Source of the DNA: Macrostomum lignano
Taxonomy: Eukaryota
DNA length: 35,307 bases
Direction of reading: 5' to 3'
Assembly (NCBI GenBank): GCA_002269645.1
Contig: NIVC01002804.1
Coordinates: forward strand, 1-35,307
Under the pieces are notes generated by a model, which worked only from the letters and a program-made list of their open reading frames with translations, did not search any database and was not told the DNA's origin. How positions within the stretch are numbered: the stretch's first letter is position 1; every line of letters starts with the position of its first letter. The position numbers were made by a program, and so were the translations under genes. Positions 10,880 through 24,250 of this stretch are shown here, piece by piece.

Positions 10880-11650
10880 GAAGGGAGGGAGGAAGAGAGG
10901 AGAGAGGGGAGGGTGAGAGGAGAGATGGGAAATGGGGAGAGAAGAGAGGAGAGAGGAGAGAGGGGGAGAGGAAGACAGGGAAGGGTGAGAGGAGAGATGG
11001 AAAAGGTGGAGAAAAGAGAGGAGACAGGAGACAGGAGAGATAGGAGGTTGAGGGGAGAGATAGGAAAAGGGGAGAAAAGAAAGGAGAGAAGGGAGAGGAG
11101 AGAGTAGAGAGGAGAGAGGAGAGAGGAGAGAGGAGAGAGGAGAGAGAGAGAGAGAGAGGAGAGAGGAGAGAGGAGAGAGGAGAGAGGAGAGAGGAGAGAG
11201 GAGAGAGGAGAGAGGAGAGAGGAGAGAGGAGAGAGGAGAGAGGAGAGAGGAGAGAGGAGAGAGGAGAGAGGAGAGAGGAGAGAGAGAGAGGAGAGAGGAG
11301 AGAGGAGAGAGGAGAGAGGAGAGAGGAGAGAGGAGAGAGGAGAGAGAGAGGAGAGAGGAGAGAGGAGAGAGGAGAGAGGAGAGAGGAGAGAGGAGAGAGG
11401 AGAGAGGAAAGAGGGAGAGGGACAGAGGGGAGGGTGAGAGGAGAGATGGGAAAGGGGGAGAGAAGAGAGGAGAGAGAAGAGAGGAAAGAGGGAGAGGGAC
11501 AGAGGGGAGGGTGAGAGGAGAGATGGGAAGGGGGAGAGAAGAGAGGAGAGGAGAGAGGATAGAGGGGGAGAGGGAGAGAGGGGAGGGTGAGAGGAGAGAT
11601 GGGAAAGGGGGGAGAGGAGAAAGGAGAAAGGGGAGAGTGAGAGAGGGAGC
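10880..11650. repeat. Polypurine GA-rich tract with (AGGAGAG)n core at about 11100-11405
   Basis: Read directly. The + strand is almost entirely A/G. Confidence 0.97.
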
Positions 11651-12371
11651 AAAAGAAAATCTTACATAGAACCTAGAGCCAAAGATACCTAGAACCCGGT
11701 CAGGAGTGCCTTTTGGAACTATTCAACACCGCATGGTTGGAAGCATTTGCTCTTGGTCTAATAAATTTTGCTGCCAAGCAAAAGCTTACATTTACACTGA
11801 ATTTTGCCCTGGACTTCAATTGGTATAAAATTTGTTATATACAGGTTTACTGATTTTCCAAACCAATTAAGACTTGCTTTTCATTTTCTCATGCTGTACA
11901 CTTATTATTAAACGCTTCGGAATTAATATTTTTAAGCTGCTAAAATTACATTCAAGAGACAAAGTTTTTGTGCATTTCGTTTTGTCATAGTCTAACAAAT
12001 AATCATTGTCTACCTACAAAACCATGTACACAATCTATCATTATTAGGTTGCTAATTTGGATAAAAAACTCTGTGGTATATAGCTAAATATTATTTTTAA
12101 CAGATCTTTCTGAATGCGAGTTATTTCTGTTGGGATTATCGCTGCGTACAAAATTCAGATTTAAACCTGTTTTGTAAAATCAATGTTAAACAGTAATTAT
12201 TATTTTTCATGTCTAATTGCTTTCGATTTTATGAGTTGTTTTGATAAATAAATATATAAAGAAAATAGATAGCATAGAGGTCTGGCAGACACTCGAAAGG
12301 TTCTTTTAGATGTTATAGGCACTGGCTGTGGGTAATTAAGGACTTCCATATGAATATGCATATATGAATAT

Positions 12372-12998
12372 GTGGTAGATAGAGTAATCTGTGGTAGATA
12401 GAGTAGGCTGTGATAGATAGTGTAGGCTTTGGTAGATAGGATAGGCTGTGGTAGACAGTTTAGGCCGTGGTAGATAGGGTAGGCTGTGGTAGATAGGATA
12501 AACTGTGGTAGATAGGATAAACTGTGGTAGATAGGATAAACTGTGGTAGATAGAGTAGGCTGTGGTAGATAGGATAGGCTGTGGTAGATAGGATAGGCTG
12601 TGGTAGATAGAGTAGGCTGTGGTAGATAGGGTAGGCTGTGGTAGATAGGATAAACTGTGGTAGATAGGATAAACTGTGGTAGATAGGATAAACTGTGGTA
12701 GATAGAGTAGGCTGTGGTAGATAGGATAGGCTGTGGTAGATAGAGTAGGCTGTGGTAGATAGGATAGGCTGTGGTAGATAGAGTAGGCTGTGGTAGATAG
12801 GATAGGCTGTGGTAGATAGGGTAGGCTGTGGTAGACAGGGTAGGCTGTGGTAGATAGGATAGGCTGTGATAGACAGTTTAGGCTGTGGTAGATAGGGTAG
12901 GCTGTGGTAGATAGGGTAGGCTGTGGTAGATAGGATAGGCTGTGGTAGACAGTTTAGGCTGTGGTAGATAGGGTAGGCTGTGGTAGACAGGGTAGATA
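12372..12998. repeat. 19-bp satellite array with repeated AGGATAAACTGTGGTAGAT sub-blocks
   Basis: Read directly. Confidence 0.97.
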
Positions 12999-14802
12999 GG
13001 GTTAAAGAAGCTGAGAATGTGAGCAGCAGATACCGTTGCAAGTACCTATAGAAAAATATTAGGCACCTAAAACTCTTTTTTTGAAGCACAACTATCTCCT
13101 GTGTTTGTCGCCATGACAACCTGGCAGCCTATTTTGGTCCCTGCCTCTCCCTTCACCACTAGATTTGCATTGACAATGCCATTGCAGAGTCATTCATTGC
13201 TCATCATTCCAGTGAGCAGAAAAAATAAGCAGGGGGCCTCTACAGCTGTGCATCGGCGAGACTGGCACTGTTATTTTGAAATAGCAGAGCGGAACCCCTG
13301 AAAGTACAGTTGAAAAACAGATAAAAAAGCTGATATTTTTGGCTTGTTACATTGATACATCGCAGAGCTCAGTAATTCGCTCGGGAAAAACTCCTGCACT
13401 TACAGAATCCTCTGCTTGAAAAGACCGATCTGGATTGATAAACTCGAAACTCTATGTTCATCAGTTCTTTTACTAAAATCTTTTTTTTAATTGTTGAAAC
13501 GTCTTCTACCTTCTGTTTTATGAAAAAATCTTAGTTGCTTTTTTAAATCAACGTGAGATATAACTAGCTAATGTCCTGGTTCCGCTTTACAGGTCCTATT
13601 TATCAATTTTCTCAAATTTTAACTGTTTTATTTTTGGACTCGCTTCTCTATCGCATTAAAGCTATTGTCGGGTCCGGTAGATAAGATAGGCTATGGCAGA
13701 TAGGATAGGCTATGGTAGATAGGCTAGGCTATGGTAGATAGGATAGGCTATGGTAGATAGGATAGGCTATGGTAGATAGGCTAGGCTATGGTAGATAGGA
13801 TAGGCTATGGTAGATAGTGTAGGCTGTGGTAGATAGGGTAGGCTATGGTAGATAGGGTAGGCTGTGGTAGATAGGGTAGGCTGTGGTAGATAGGGTAGGC
13901 TATGGTAGATAGGGTAGGCTATGGTAGATAGGGTAGGCTGTGGTAGATAGGGTAGGCTGTGGTAGATAGGATAGGCTGTGATAGACAGTTTAGGCTGTGG
14001 TAGATAGGGTAGGCTGTGGTAGATAGGGTAGGCTGTGGTAGATAGGATAGGCTGTGGTAGACAGTTTAGGCTGTGGTAGATAGGGTAGGCTGTGGTAGAC
14101 AGGGTAGATAGGGTTAAAGAAGCTGAGAATGTGAGCAGCAGATACCGTTGCAAGTACCTATAGAAAAATATTAGGCACCTAAAACTCTTTTTTTGAAGCA
14201 CAACTATCTCCTGTGTTTGTCGCCATGACAACCTGGCAGCCTATTTTGGTCCCTGCCTCTCCCTTCACCACTAGATTTGCATTGACAATGCCATTGCAGA
14301 GTCATTCATTGCTCATCATTCCAGTGAGCAGAAAAAATAAGCAGGGGGCCTCTACAGCTGTGCATCGGCGAGACTGGCACTGTTATTTTGAAATAGCAGA
14401 GCGGAACCCCTGAAAGTACAGTTGAAAAACAGATAAAAAAGCTGATATTTTTGGCTTGTTACATTGATACATCGCAGAGCTCAGTAATTCGCTCGGGAAA
14501 AACTCCTGCACTTACAGAATCCTCTGCTTGAAAAGACCGATCTGGATTGATAAACTCGAAACTCTATGTTCATCAGTTCTTTTACTAAAATCTTTTTTTT
14601 AATTGTTGAAACGTCTTCTACCTTCTGTTTTATGAAAAAATCTTAGTTGCTTTTTTAAATCAACGTGAGATATAACTAGCTAATGTCCTGGTTCCGCTTT
14701 ACAGGTCCTATTTATCAATTTTCTCAAATTTTAACTGTTTTATTTTTGGACTCGCTTCTCTATCGCATTAAAGCTATTGTCGGGTCCGGTAGATAAGATA
14801 GG
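12990..14802 (+). repeat. Tandem segmental duplication, period 1112 bp (unique cores about 12990-13690 and 14102-14802), each with X-box-like GTCGCCATGACAAC (13107-13120; 14219-14232)
   Basis: The two cores appear identical by eye. The ORF track gives identical peptides at 13101-13301 and 14213-14413. Confidence 0.95.
13675..14110. repeat. 19-bp satellite array
   Basis: Read directly. Confidence 0.97.
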
Positions 14803-15372
14803 CTATGGCAGATAGGATAGGCTATGGTAGATAGGCTAGGCTATGGTAGATAGGATAGGCTATGGTAGATAGGATAGGCTATGGTAGATAGGCTAGGCTA
14901 TGGTAGATAGGCTAGGCTATGGTAGATAGTGTAGGCTGTGGTAGATAGGGTAGGCTATGGTAGATAGGGTAGGCTGTGGTAGATAGGGTAGGCTGTGGTA
15001 GATAGGGTAGGCTGTGGTAGATAGGGTAGGCTATGGTAGATAGGGTAGGCTATGGTAGATAGGGTAGGCTGTGGTAGATAGGGTAGGCTGTGGTAGATAG
15101 GGTAGGCTATGGTAGATAGGGTAGGCTATGGTAGATAGTGTAGGCTATGGTAGATAGTGTAGGCTATGGTAGATAGTGTAGGCTATGGTAGATAGGGTAG
15201 GCTGTGGTACATAGGGTAGGCTGTGGTAGATAGGATAGGCTATGGTAGATAGTGTAGGCTATGGTAGATAGTGTAGGCTATGGTAGATAGGGTAGGCTGT
15301 GGTACATAGGGTAGGCTGTGGTAGATAGGATAGGCTATGGTAGATAGTGTAGGCTATGGTAGATAGGGTAGG
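14787..15372. repeat. 19-bp satellite array
   Basis: Read directly. Confidence 0.97.
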
Positions 15373-16365
15373 CAAGAACATCTTAAGTAGAAGGACGTTA
15401 CACTCAGCTTTCGTGGAAATTTTTTACACGGCCGATTTTCACCGTAAAATGCATTGGCAAGATAGGAAATTTTCACGTTTTTCATCCTTAAATTAACTGC
15501 TGTGCTTGATTGCGGCCTTGCCTTAAAAAGTGTTGTTAATATGTGAACACAAATATCATATTGTATTACTTTTTAACTCGACTGGGTCCATGCCATTTGT
15601 ATTAAGCTCTTTTTATGACTTTTTCTGCAGTAAAAATTAATGAAAAAAGTTTACTCTTTTTGTAATGATAGACAAAGAGAAGGGAGCCACCAAAACAGTT
15701 TTTTCTATCACAAATTTACTTTAAATGAATACAAAGAGGCATGGCAGAAGCAGAGGCATAATATTTGTTTGTACTCTTATAGCTTATTAGCTTTAAGTAT
15801 TGGTCTTATCTTGGCTAGGAATATGAATAGCTATGACTATTACTAGGTAGGTAAGAATATAAATTATTAGCTATACTACAAAAACTGAGCCATCTGGTTA
15901 GTAATTTTAAATTAGAAAAAACTACAAATGCATAAGCTAATGATATTCAGAACTTTCACACTATATATTATATGTCTGTCGCTAGAGCCTCTCGTGTCAA
16001 GCCAGTGGCCATCGGATGCGTGTATCTTTGCAGCTCTTTAATCACTTTATGCCTTGGATGTAGCTAGCTGCTACATGTTTATACGCTCCTATAGTAACTA
16101 AAAATCGGATAGCGTGCTTAAATTATAAATTTAGCTTTTATAAATAATAAGGTACATGTACTTTACTGTACTTTGCTTCCGCCCTCGTACAGATGCAACC
16201 GTAAATGTAGCATTATTTTAAAGAGGAATAAATTCTGAACAAATCAGCGAAAGAACTAGCCCTCTACATGCAATACTTGATAAGTTACAGCACTTTAAAC
16301 AATCGGCCGCAAAAAAAATTACACGATAACTGGAGTGTGACGTCCTTCTACTTGAGAAGTCCTTG
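15373..16365. mobile_element. 993-bp non-autonomous DNA transposon (P- or hAT-like) with about 33-bp TIRs and 8-bp TSD AGGGTAGG
   Basis: Left end CAAGAACATCTTAAGTAGAAGGACGTTACACTC versus right end (rc) CAAGGACTTCTCAAGTAGAAGGACGTCACACTC, 29/33 identical. AGGGTAGG at 15365-15372 and 16366-16373. AT-rich interior with no recognisable transposase. Confidence 0.82.
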
Positions 16366-16490
16366 AGGGTAGGGTGCGGTAAATAGGGTAGGCTCTGGTA
16401 GATAGGGTAGGGTGTGGTAGATATCATAGTCTGTAGTATATAGAGTATCACTGCGTCTACCACAGCCTACACTATCTACCGCAGACTACC
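16366..16490. repeat. Short satellite units in inverted arrangement (G-rich then C-rich, switch near 16450)
   Basis: ...ggtagatagggtagggtgtggtagat... followed by ...tctaccacagcctacactatctacc... Confidence 0.85.
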
Positions 16491-16731
16491 CTGTTCACTC
16501 TGTCCAACAGCCCACCAAATCTACCCCTGAATTGGCTCCAACATCTTTCGGTTAAATATCAGGATGTCCTTGGCCAGCATCCACGGCTTGTTGCTAGCCA
16601 AAACAGCTCAGAGAATCTCCAAAGCCTCATCCTTTGTCAGCGCTTCTCATTTCCCTTTCAGAGAATGCAAAAGCTTTTTCTGGCAAGTTGGCGCACGGTG
16701 ACTCGCAGCATTTCGTAAATTATTCCATCTT

Positions 16732-17100
16732 TTTTTTAGAGGCAGGGGGTTGAGTGCGCCCTGGCGCATATAAGCGACATAGGCACACAACCGGCGAGAG
16801 GCATTACTGCCCATTCCGCCGACTCCCTTGAGCAGGCATACAAGCGCGCGGATACGTACGCAGTCATACGCATAGGCACACACACACACAGGAGTGTACA
16901 GCGGCCCTAAATTTATTTTATCGTTAGGCATGTACACTTCACTGCGCCTTGGGGGGTTGGCTCTCAAGGCCGTTAATTGCACGAGCAGAGCCAAGCCGAG
17001 ATTCCAATTCAGCCCCAAATTAATGTGACTGCACTTGGAATCGAGCCTGGGTCGCTGGCACACCAGAGCAGCTGCGCTACCGCTGGGCTACGGCCCCCCC
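16732..17100 (-). mobile_element. Full-length tRNA-derived SINE (about 369 bp) with 12-bp TSD
   Basis: The minus strand starts GGGGCCGTAGCCCAGCGGTAGCGC. A box TAGCCCAGCGG (17080-17090), B box GGCTCGATTCC (17037-17047), internal (GT)n and an A-rich tail. TSD TTATTCCATCTT at 16720-16731 and 17101-17112. Confidence 0.9.
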
Positions 17101-17231
17101 TTATTCCATCTTGGATTTTCTCGCTAATTCATCATGTCTTTGAGCTACCATAAATGTTGCTTCCCTTTTACCACTGGGGATACGACCTGATGCTCTCTTA
17201 CAGGCCCAATGCCACGAACCCGATCTACGAG

Positions 17232-18275
17232 CTACAAGCCTACCCTACATACCACAAGCCTACCCTATCTACCACAAACCTGCACTATTTACCACAAGCC
17301 TAACCTATCTACCACAAGCCTACACTATTTACCACAAGCCTACCCTATTTACCACAAGCCTTCACTATTTACCACAAGCCTGCACTATTTACCACAAGCC
17401 TACCCTATTTACCACAAGCCTTCACTATTTACCACAAGCCTGCACTATTTACCACAAGCCTACACTATCTACCATAAGCCTAACCTATCTACCACAAGCC
17501 TACACTATCTACCACAAGCCTACACTATTTACCACAAACCTGCACTATTTACCACAAGCCTGCACTATTTACCACAAGCCTACACTATCTACCACAAGCC
17601 TAACCTATCTACCACAAACCTGCACTATTTACCACAAGCCTGCACTATTTACCACAAGCCTACACTATCTACCACAAGCCTAACCTATCTACCACAAACC
17701 TGCACTATTTACCACAAGCCTAACCTATCTACCACAAGCCTAACCTATCTACCACAAACCTACACTATTTACCACAAGCCTAACCTATCTACCACAAGCC
17801 TAACCTATCTACCACAAACCTACACTATTTACCACAAGACTACCCTATTTACCACAAGCCTACACTATCTACCACAAGCCTAACCTATTTACCACAAGCC
17901 TGCACTATTTACCACAATCCTACACTATCTACCACAAGCCTTACCTATCTACCACAAACCTGCACTATTTACCACAAGCCTAACCTATCTACCACAAGCC
18001 TAACCTATCTACCACACAAACCTGCACTATTTACCACAAGCCTAACCTATCTACCAGAAGCCTAACCTACCTACCACAAACCTGCACTATTTACGACAAG
18101 CCTAACCTATCTACCAGAAGCCTAACCTACCTACCACAAACCTGCACTATTTACCACAAGCCTACACTATCTACCACAAGCCTACACTATTTACCACAAG
18201 CCTACCCTATCTACCACAAGCCTACACTTCTTACCACAAGCCTACACTATCTACCACAAGCTTACACTATCTACA
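17232..18275. repeat. 20-bp satellite variant (CTACCACAAGCCTAACCTAT)n, C-rich on +
   Basis: Read directly. One base longer than the 19-mer. Confidence 0.96.
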
Positions 18276-18284
18276 CCCTACCAC

Positions 18285-18610
18285 AGCGACACAGGTAGAA
18301 GCGACACAGGCAGAAGCGACACAGGCAGAAGCGACACAGCCAGAAGCGACACAGGCAGAAGCGACAAAGTCAGAAGCGACACAGCCAAAAGCGACACAGC
18401 CAGAAGCGACACAGCCAGAAGCGACACAGGCAGAAGCGACACAGTCAGAAGCGACACAGCCAAAAGCGACACAGCCAGAAGCGACACAGGCAGAAGCGAC
18501 ACAGGCAAAAGCGACAAAGCCAGAAGCGACACAGGCAGAAGCGACACAGGCAGAAGCGACCCAGGCAGAAGCGACACAGCCAGAAGCGACACAGGCAGAA
18601 GCGACAGGAC
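18285..18610. repeat. 15-bp minisatellite (GCGACACAGGCAGAA)n
   Basis: About 21 tandem units read directly. Confidence 0.96.
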
Positions 18611-18749
18611 AGTTGTTTCTGTTACTGTCAAACTACGACAAACTACTCTTATCTTTATGCACAGTCAGAAGTCCAGAACGTGAGATATTGTGAATTTAGT
18701 GCTGAAAAGAATTGAGCACTTCCGATATTCTGCTACATTCTATTGTACG

Positions 18750-19000
18750 CTGGAGCAGGTGGAAATGGTGAGCAGTGACTGCCTATCCTAACTCTACAAT
18801 GCCATGCGGTTATTCTAGTGAAGCAGTGAATGCGGAGAGGCTGCGTTGTCATGGAAACAAAAACTGAAGGTGGGCTGGAGGCCAGCACCGGTGCTTCACG
18901 GAACTGTTTCAAGTGCCTTACAGTGGACTATTTTGCTATGGCGCTCTCAACCGCATCTTTTCCTCACATGCTCAGTGTCTTAGCTCTATCTACTATTTTT
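18750..19000. repeat. Satellite-linked module with X-box GTTGTCATGGAAAC (18845-18858), inverted relative to the 233-420 and 13000-13230 copies
   Basis: Aligns with rc of 260-410 and, more loosely, with rc of 13000-13230 (ggaa-tg-tgagca-tga-tg, actct-caatg-cat, tctagtg, ttgtcatgg, gtgcttc, ctcacat-ctcag). Confidence 0.8.
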
Positions 19001-19004
19001 TCTG

Positions 19005-19690
<686 letters not shown>

Positions 19691-20379
19691 TATAAATATA
19701 AAAGCGTGGTTTAAATGACTTAAAGTGCTTTAAATTCAAATTAAGCGGGCAGCGTCCGCCCAGTTTCTGCAAGTATGAATTTTTAGACAGCCGCTCCCGG
19801 GCCTCAAGCCTACAACGTTTCTATAGCGACCCGGCGGCCCTACCGAAGGTTTTCAAATTTTTTGTGTTCACCGTCCACTCCTGTCTAGGCTCTTCCTCTC
19901 CTCAGCGCTCGCTCACAGACCACCCAACCGCGTTCACTGCAGGAATCATCGCGCTTCTATGCGTCACTCCTGTTGCTTTCCCTTTTCCTAAATAGATGAG
20001 TTCATTCTCCACGGTACCCGTAGGGAAAGAGAGGGTAGACTGAAGCTGCATGCTTCGATCCCGTAGCTTAAAACAATGGATGAGTGGCGTTAGGGTCTGA
20101 GGGAGAGCATGGGGTTGTAGCCCCAGTGGTAAATGGGAAGCAATATGCATGGTAGCTCATAGATAGCTCATAGGTGTTGCCAGAGAAAACTTTTGCATTC
20201 TCTGAGCTCAGGGCATTCTGATATCGAACCGAAAGATGCTGGGGTGAATTCATTTTTCAAGAACTTTCAACTGCCAATACAACTTCAGCGCCAAATTCTG
20301 TTACGGTTCTTTAAGACCTTACCTGTCTGATAGGTTTCTTCTTGAATGAGCACTTGGGTTCAGATTGGGTGAGCTGTGG

Positions 20380-20775
20380 TAGATTCAAGGTGGTCCGCCA
20401 GTCCGTCCTGCAGGGTGATCGTCTTGTCGTCCGAAGGAACTGGATGAGCCGTGGGATGCTGCCGGGCTGGCAGACCTCGTTAATTGACGGTTTTGGCCCG
20501 AGGTAGCGTAGCCGGTCTCTGGTGAAGAAAGGCCAGTGACAAACAAAGTGCTGAGCATCTTCCTTGCCGTGTTCGCAAAAAGGGCAAAGTTCACTCTCGA
20601 GGTCGACTCGCAGGAAGTGTCTGGCGAGGAAGCCGTGGCCATTAGAGGTCATGACAAGCTCTCGAATATCCTTCCGATTTTGCTTCAGAAGGACGTTCCC
20701 GAGCCTGCGAGAGGGGCACGGAACCGCGACAAGAGATTGCAGACAGTTCTGGGTGCCTGCTTGTCTGTCTCTGTG
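20380..20775 (-). mobile_element. 3' fragment of a non-LTR retrotransposon ORF2 (R1/LOA/I-group-like C-terminal zinc-finger region)
   Basis: LLKQNRKDIRELVMTSNGHGFLARHF...ELCPFCEHGKEDAQHFVCHW matches the xLTGHGxLxxHL...CxxC...ETxxHxLCxC motif of RNase H-bearing LINE clades. The 5' end is lost at the satellite. Confidence 0.7.
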
Positions 20776-20796
20776 AAGGGAATCAGCTCAGTCATC

Positions 20797-22885
20797 GATC
20801 TACCACAGCCTACCCTATCTACCACAGCCTACCCTATCTACCACACACTACCCTATTTACCACAGCCTACCCTATCTACCACAGACTACCCTATCTACCA
20901 AAGACTACCCTACCTACCAAAGCCTACCCTACCTACCACAGCCTACCCTATTTACCACAGTCTACCCTATCTACCACAGACTACCCTATTTACCACAGCC
21001 TACCCTATCTACCACAGACTACCCTATCTACCAAAGACTACCCTACCTACCACAGCCTACCCTACCTACCACAGACTACCCTATCTACCACAGCCTACCC
21101 TATCTACCACAGACTACCCTATTTACCACAGCCTACCCTACCTACCACAGCCTACCCTACCTACCACAGACTACCCTATCTACCACAGCCTACTCTATCT
21201 ACCACAGCCTACTCTATCTACCACAGCCTACCCTATTTACCACAGCCTACTCTATCTACCACAGACTACCATATCTACCACAGACTGCCCTATCTATCAC
21301 AGACTACCCTACCTACCACAGACTACCCTATCTACCACAGCCTACTCTATCTACCACAGCCTACTCTATCTACCACAGACTACCATATCTACCACAGACT
21401 GCCCTATCTATCACAGACTACCCTACCTACCACAGCCTACCCTACCTACCACAGACTACCCTATCTACCACAGCCTACTCTATCTACCACAGCCTACCCT
21501 ATTTACCACAGCCTACTCTATCTACCAAAGACTACCCTATCTACCACAGACTACCCTATCTACCAAAAACTACCCTATCTACCACAGCCTACTCTATCTA
21601 CCACAGCCTACCCTACCTACCACAGCCTACCCTACCTACCACAGCCTACCCTACCTACCACAGACTGCCCTATCTATCACAGACTACCCTATCTATCACA
21701 GACTACCCTATCTATCACAGACTACCCTATCTATCACAGACTACCCTATCTATCACAGACTACCCTATCTATCACAGACTACCCTATCTATCACAGACTA
21801 CCCTATCTATTACAGCCTATCCTATCTACCACAGCCTATCCTATCTACCACAGCCTACCCTATCTATCACAGACTGCCCTGTCTACCACAGCCTATCCTA
21901 TCTACCACAGCTTACCCTATCTACCACAGCCTATCCTATCTACCACAGCCTATCCTATCTACCACAGCCTATCCTATCTACCACAGCCTACCCTATCTAC
22001 CACAGCCTATCCTATCTACCACAGCCTACGCTATCTACCACAGCCTACCCTATCTACCACAGCCTATCCTATCTACCACAGCCTATCCAATCTACCACAG
22101 CCTACCCTATCTACCACAGCCTATCCTATCTACCACAGCCTACCCTATCTACCACAGCCTACCCTATCTACCACAGCCTATCCTATCTACCACAGCCTAT
22201 CCTATCTACCACAGCCTACCCTATCTACCACAGCCTATCCTATCTACCACAGCCTATCCTATCTACCACAGCCTACCCTATCTACCACAGCCTTCCCTAT
22301 CTTCCACAGCCTACCCTATCTACCACAGCCTTCCCTATCTTCCACAGCCTACCCTATCTACCACAGCCTACCCTATCTACCACAGCCTACCCTATCTACC
22401 ACAGCCTATCCTATCTACCACAGCCTATCCTATCTACCACAGCCTACCCTATCTACCACAGCCTATCCTATCTACCACAGCCTATCCTATCTACCACAGC
22501 CTACCCTATCTACCACAGCCTATCCTATCTACCACAGCCTGCCCTATCTACCACAGCCTATCCTATCTACCACAGCCTACCCTATCTACCACAGCCTACC
22601 CTATCTACCACAGCCTACCCTATCTACCACAGCCTTCCCTATATTCCACAGCCTACCCTATCTACCACAGCCTACCCTATCTACCACAGCCTACCCTATC
22701 TACCACAGCCTACCCTATCTACCACAGCCTATCCTATCTACCACAGCCTACCCTATCTTCCACAGCCTACCCTATCTACCACACCCTATCCTATGTACCA
22801 CAAGCCTACCCTATTACCAAAGCCTACCTCATCTACCAAAAGCCCATCATATCTACTACAGCCTTCCCTATCTATCTACCTATCT
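20797..22885. repeat. Large 19-bp satellite array, C-rich on + (CTACCACAGCCTACCCTAT)n
   Basis: Read directly. Source of the spurious 783-aa ORF. Confidence 0.98.
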
Positions 22886-23399
22886 AGATTGTGTAGGCTT
22901 ATCGTAAAAGAGGAGGCTGTAGTAGATACTGTAGGCTTGTGGTAATTATTTTAGGCTGATGTAGAAGCTGTGGTAGACAGGGTAAGCTTCGGTAGACAGG
23001 TTAGGCTGTGGTAGACAGGGTAGTAGGCCCAGGTAAGTTGTGTAGTCCTAAGCAGAGCAGAGACAATAGCTTTATGCACAGCACAGCAGACCCTATCTCT
23101 GCTCAGGCGACCACCCTGCAGTTTCGTTGCAAGTATTTTTTTGTATTGATGAGCAGCGGCAGTGCAGAAGACTGGGAAATTTTCTGGGGCCTATTCAGCC
23201 CTAAAGACAGGCAGACATGCAGGCTGGCACACGTCACTGTTCTCCCTAGTCCCAGGTGGAACAGAGAAACTTGACAATGAGTTGCATGGGCTCAAGTGGG
23301 TTAGGGGAATACAAAAAAAGATACAATGACACTTAGTCACAGCTAGAGCACTTCCTGAGTAGGTGGGAACTAGGAGTTTAGCGGTGTACTCAACGTACT

Positions 23400-24250
23400 T
23401 GGACTGTGGTAGATAGGGTAGGATGTGGTAGGTAAAGTAGGACTTGGTGGGTAGGGTAGGATGTGGTAGGCTTGTAAGTGAGGTAGATAGGGTCGGCTAT
23501 AGGTAGGTTGTGACAGCTAGGGTAAGTATGGTAGGTAGAATAAATGTGGTAGATAGGGTAGGTTGTGGTATAGGGCAAGTGCGGTAGATAGGGTAAGTGT
23601 GGTAGATAGGGCAAGTGTGGTAGATAGGGTGAGTGTGGTAGATAGGGTAAGTGTGGTAGATAGGGCAAGTGTGGTAGATAGGGTAAGTGTGGTAGATAGG
23701 GTAAGTGTGGTAGATAGTAGGTGTGGTAGATAGGGTAAGTGTGGTAGATAGGGTAAGTGTGGTAGATAGGGTAAGTGTGGTAGATAGGGCAAGTGCGGAA
23801 GATTGGGTAAGTGTGGTAGATAGGGCAAGTGCGGTAGATAGGGTAAGTGTGGTAGATAGGGCAAGTGCGGAAGATTGGGTAAGTGTGGTAGATAGTAGGT
23901 GTGGTAGATAGGGTAAGTGTGGTAGATAAGTGTGGTAGATAGGGCAAGTGCGGTAGATAGGGTAAGTGTGGTAGATAGGGTAAGTGTGGTAGATAGGGTA
24001 AGTGTGGTAGATAGGGCAAGTGCGGAAGATTGGGTAAGTGTGGTAGATAGTAGGTGTGGTAGATAGGGTAAGGTTGTGGTAGAGGGTAAATGTGGTAGAT
24101 AGGGTAAGTGTGGTAGATAGGGCAAGTGTGGTAGATCGAGCAAGTGTAGTAGACTGGTAAATGTGGTAGATAGGGTAAGTGTGTTAGATAGTAGGTGTGG
24201 TAGATAGGGTAAGTGTGTTAGATAGTAGGTGTGGTAGATAGCGTAGGCTG
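23400..24250. repeat. 18-bp satellite variant (GTGTGGTAGATAGGGTAA)n, G-rich on +
   Basis: Read directly. Antisense ORFs have LPHLPY 6-aa periodicity. Confidence 0.96.

Noticed and set aside
10567-11652. 361-aa Leu/Ser/Pro-rich ORF
   Set aside because: It is the translation of the GA/CT microsatellite.
20536-22887. 783-aa ORF and similar long ORFs (12-386, 2619-3443, 12460-13119, 13767-14231, 17209-17883, 23390-24143)
   Set aside because: They are translations of the stop-poor C-rich strand of the 18-20 bp satellites. The peptide period equals the DNA unit.
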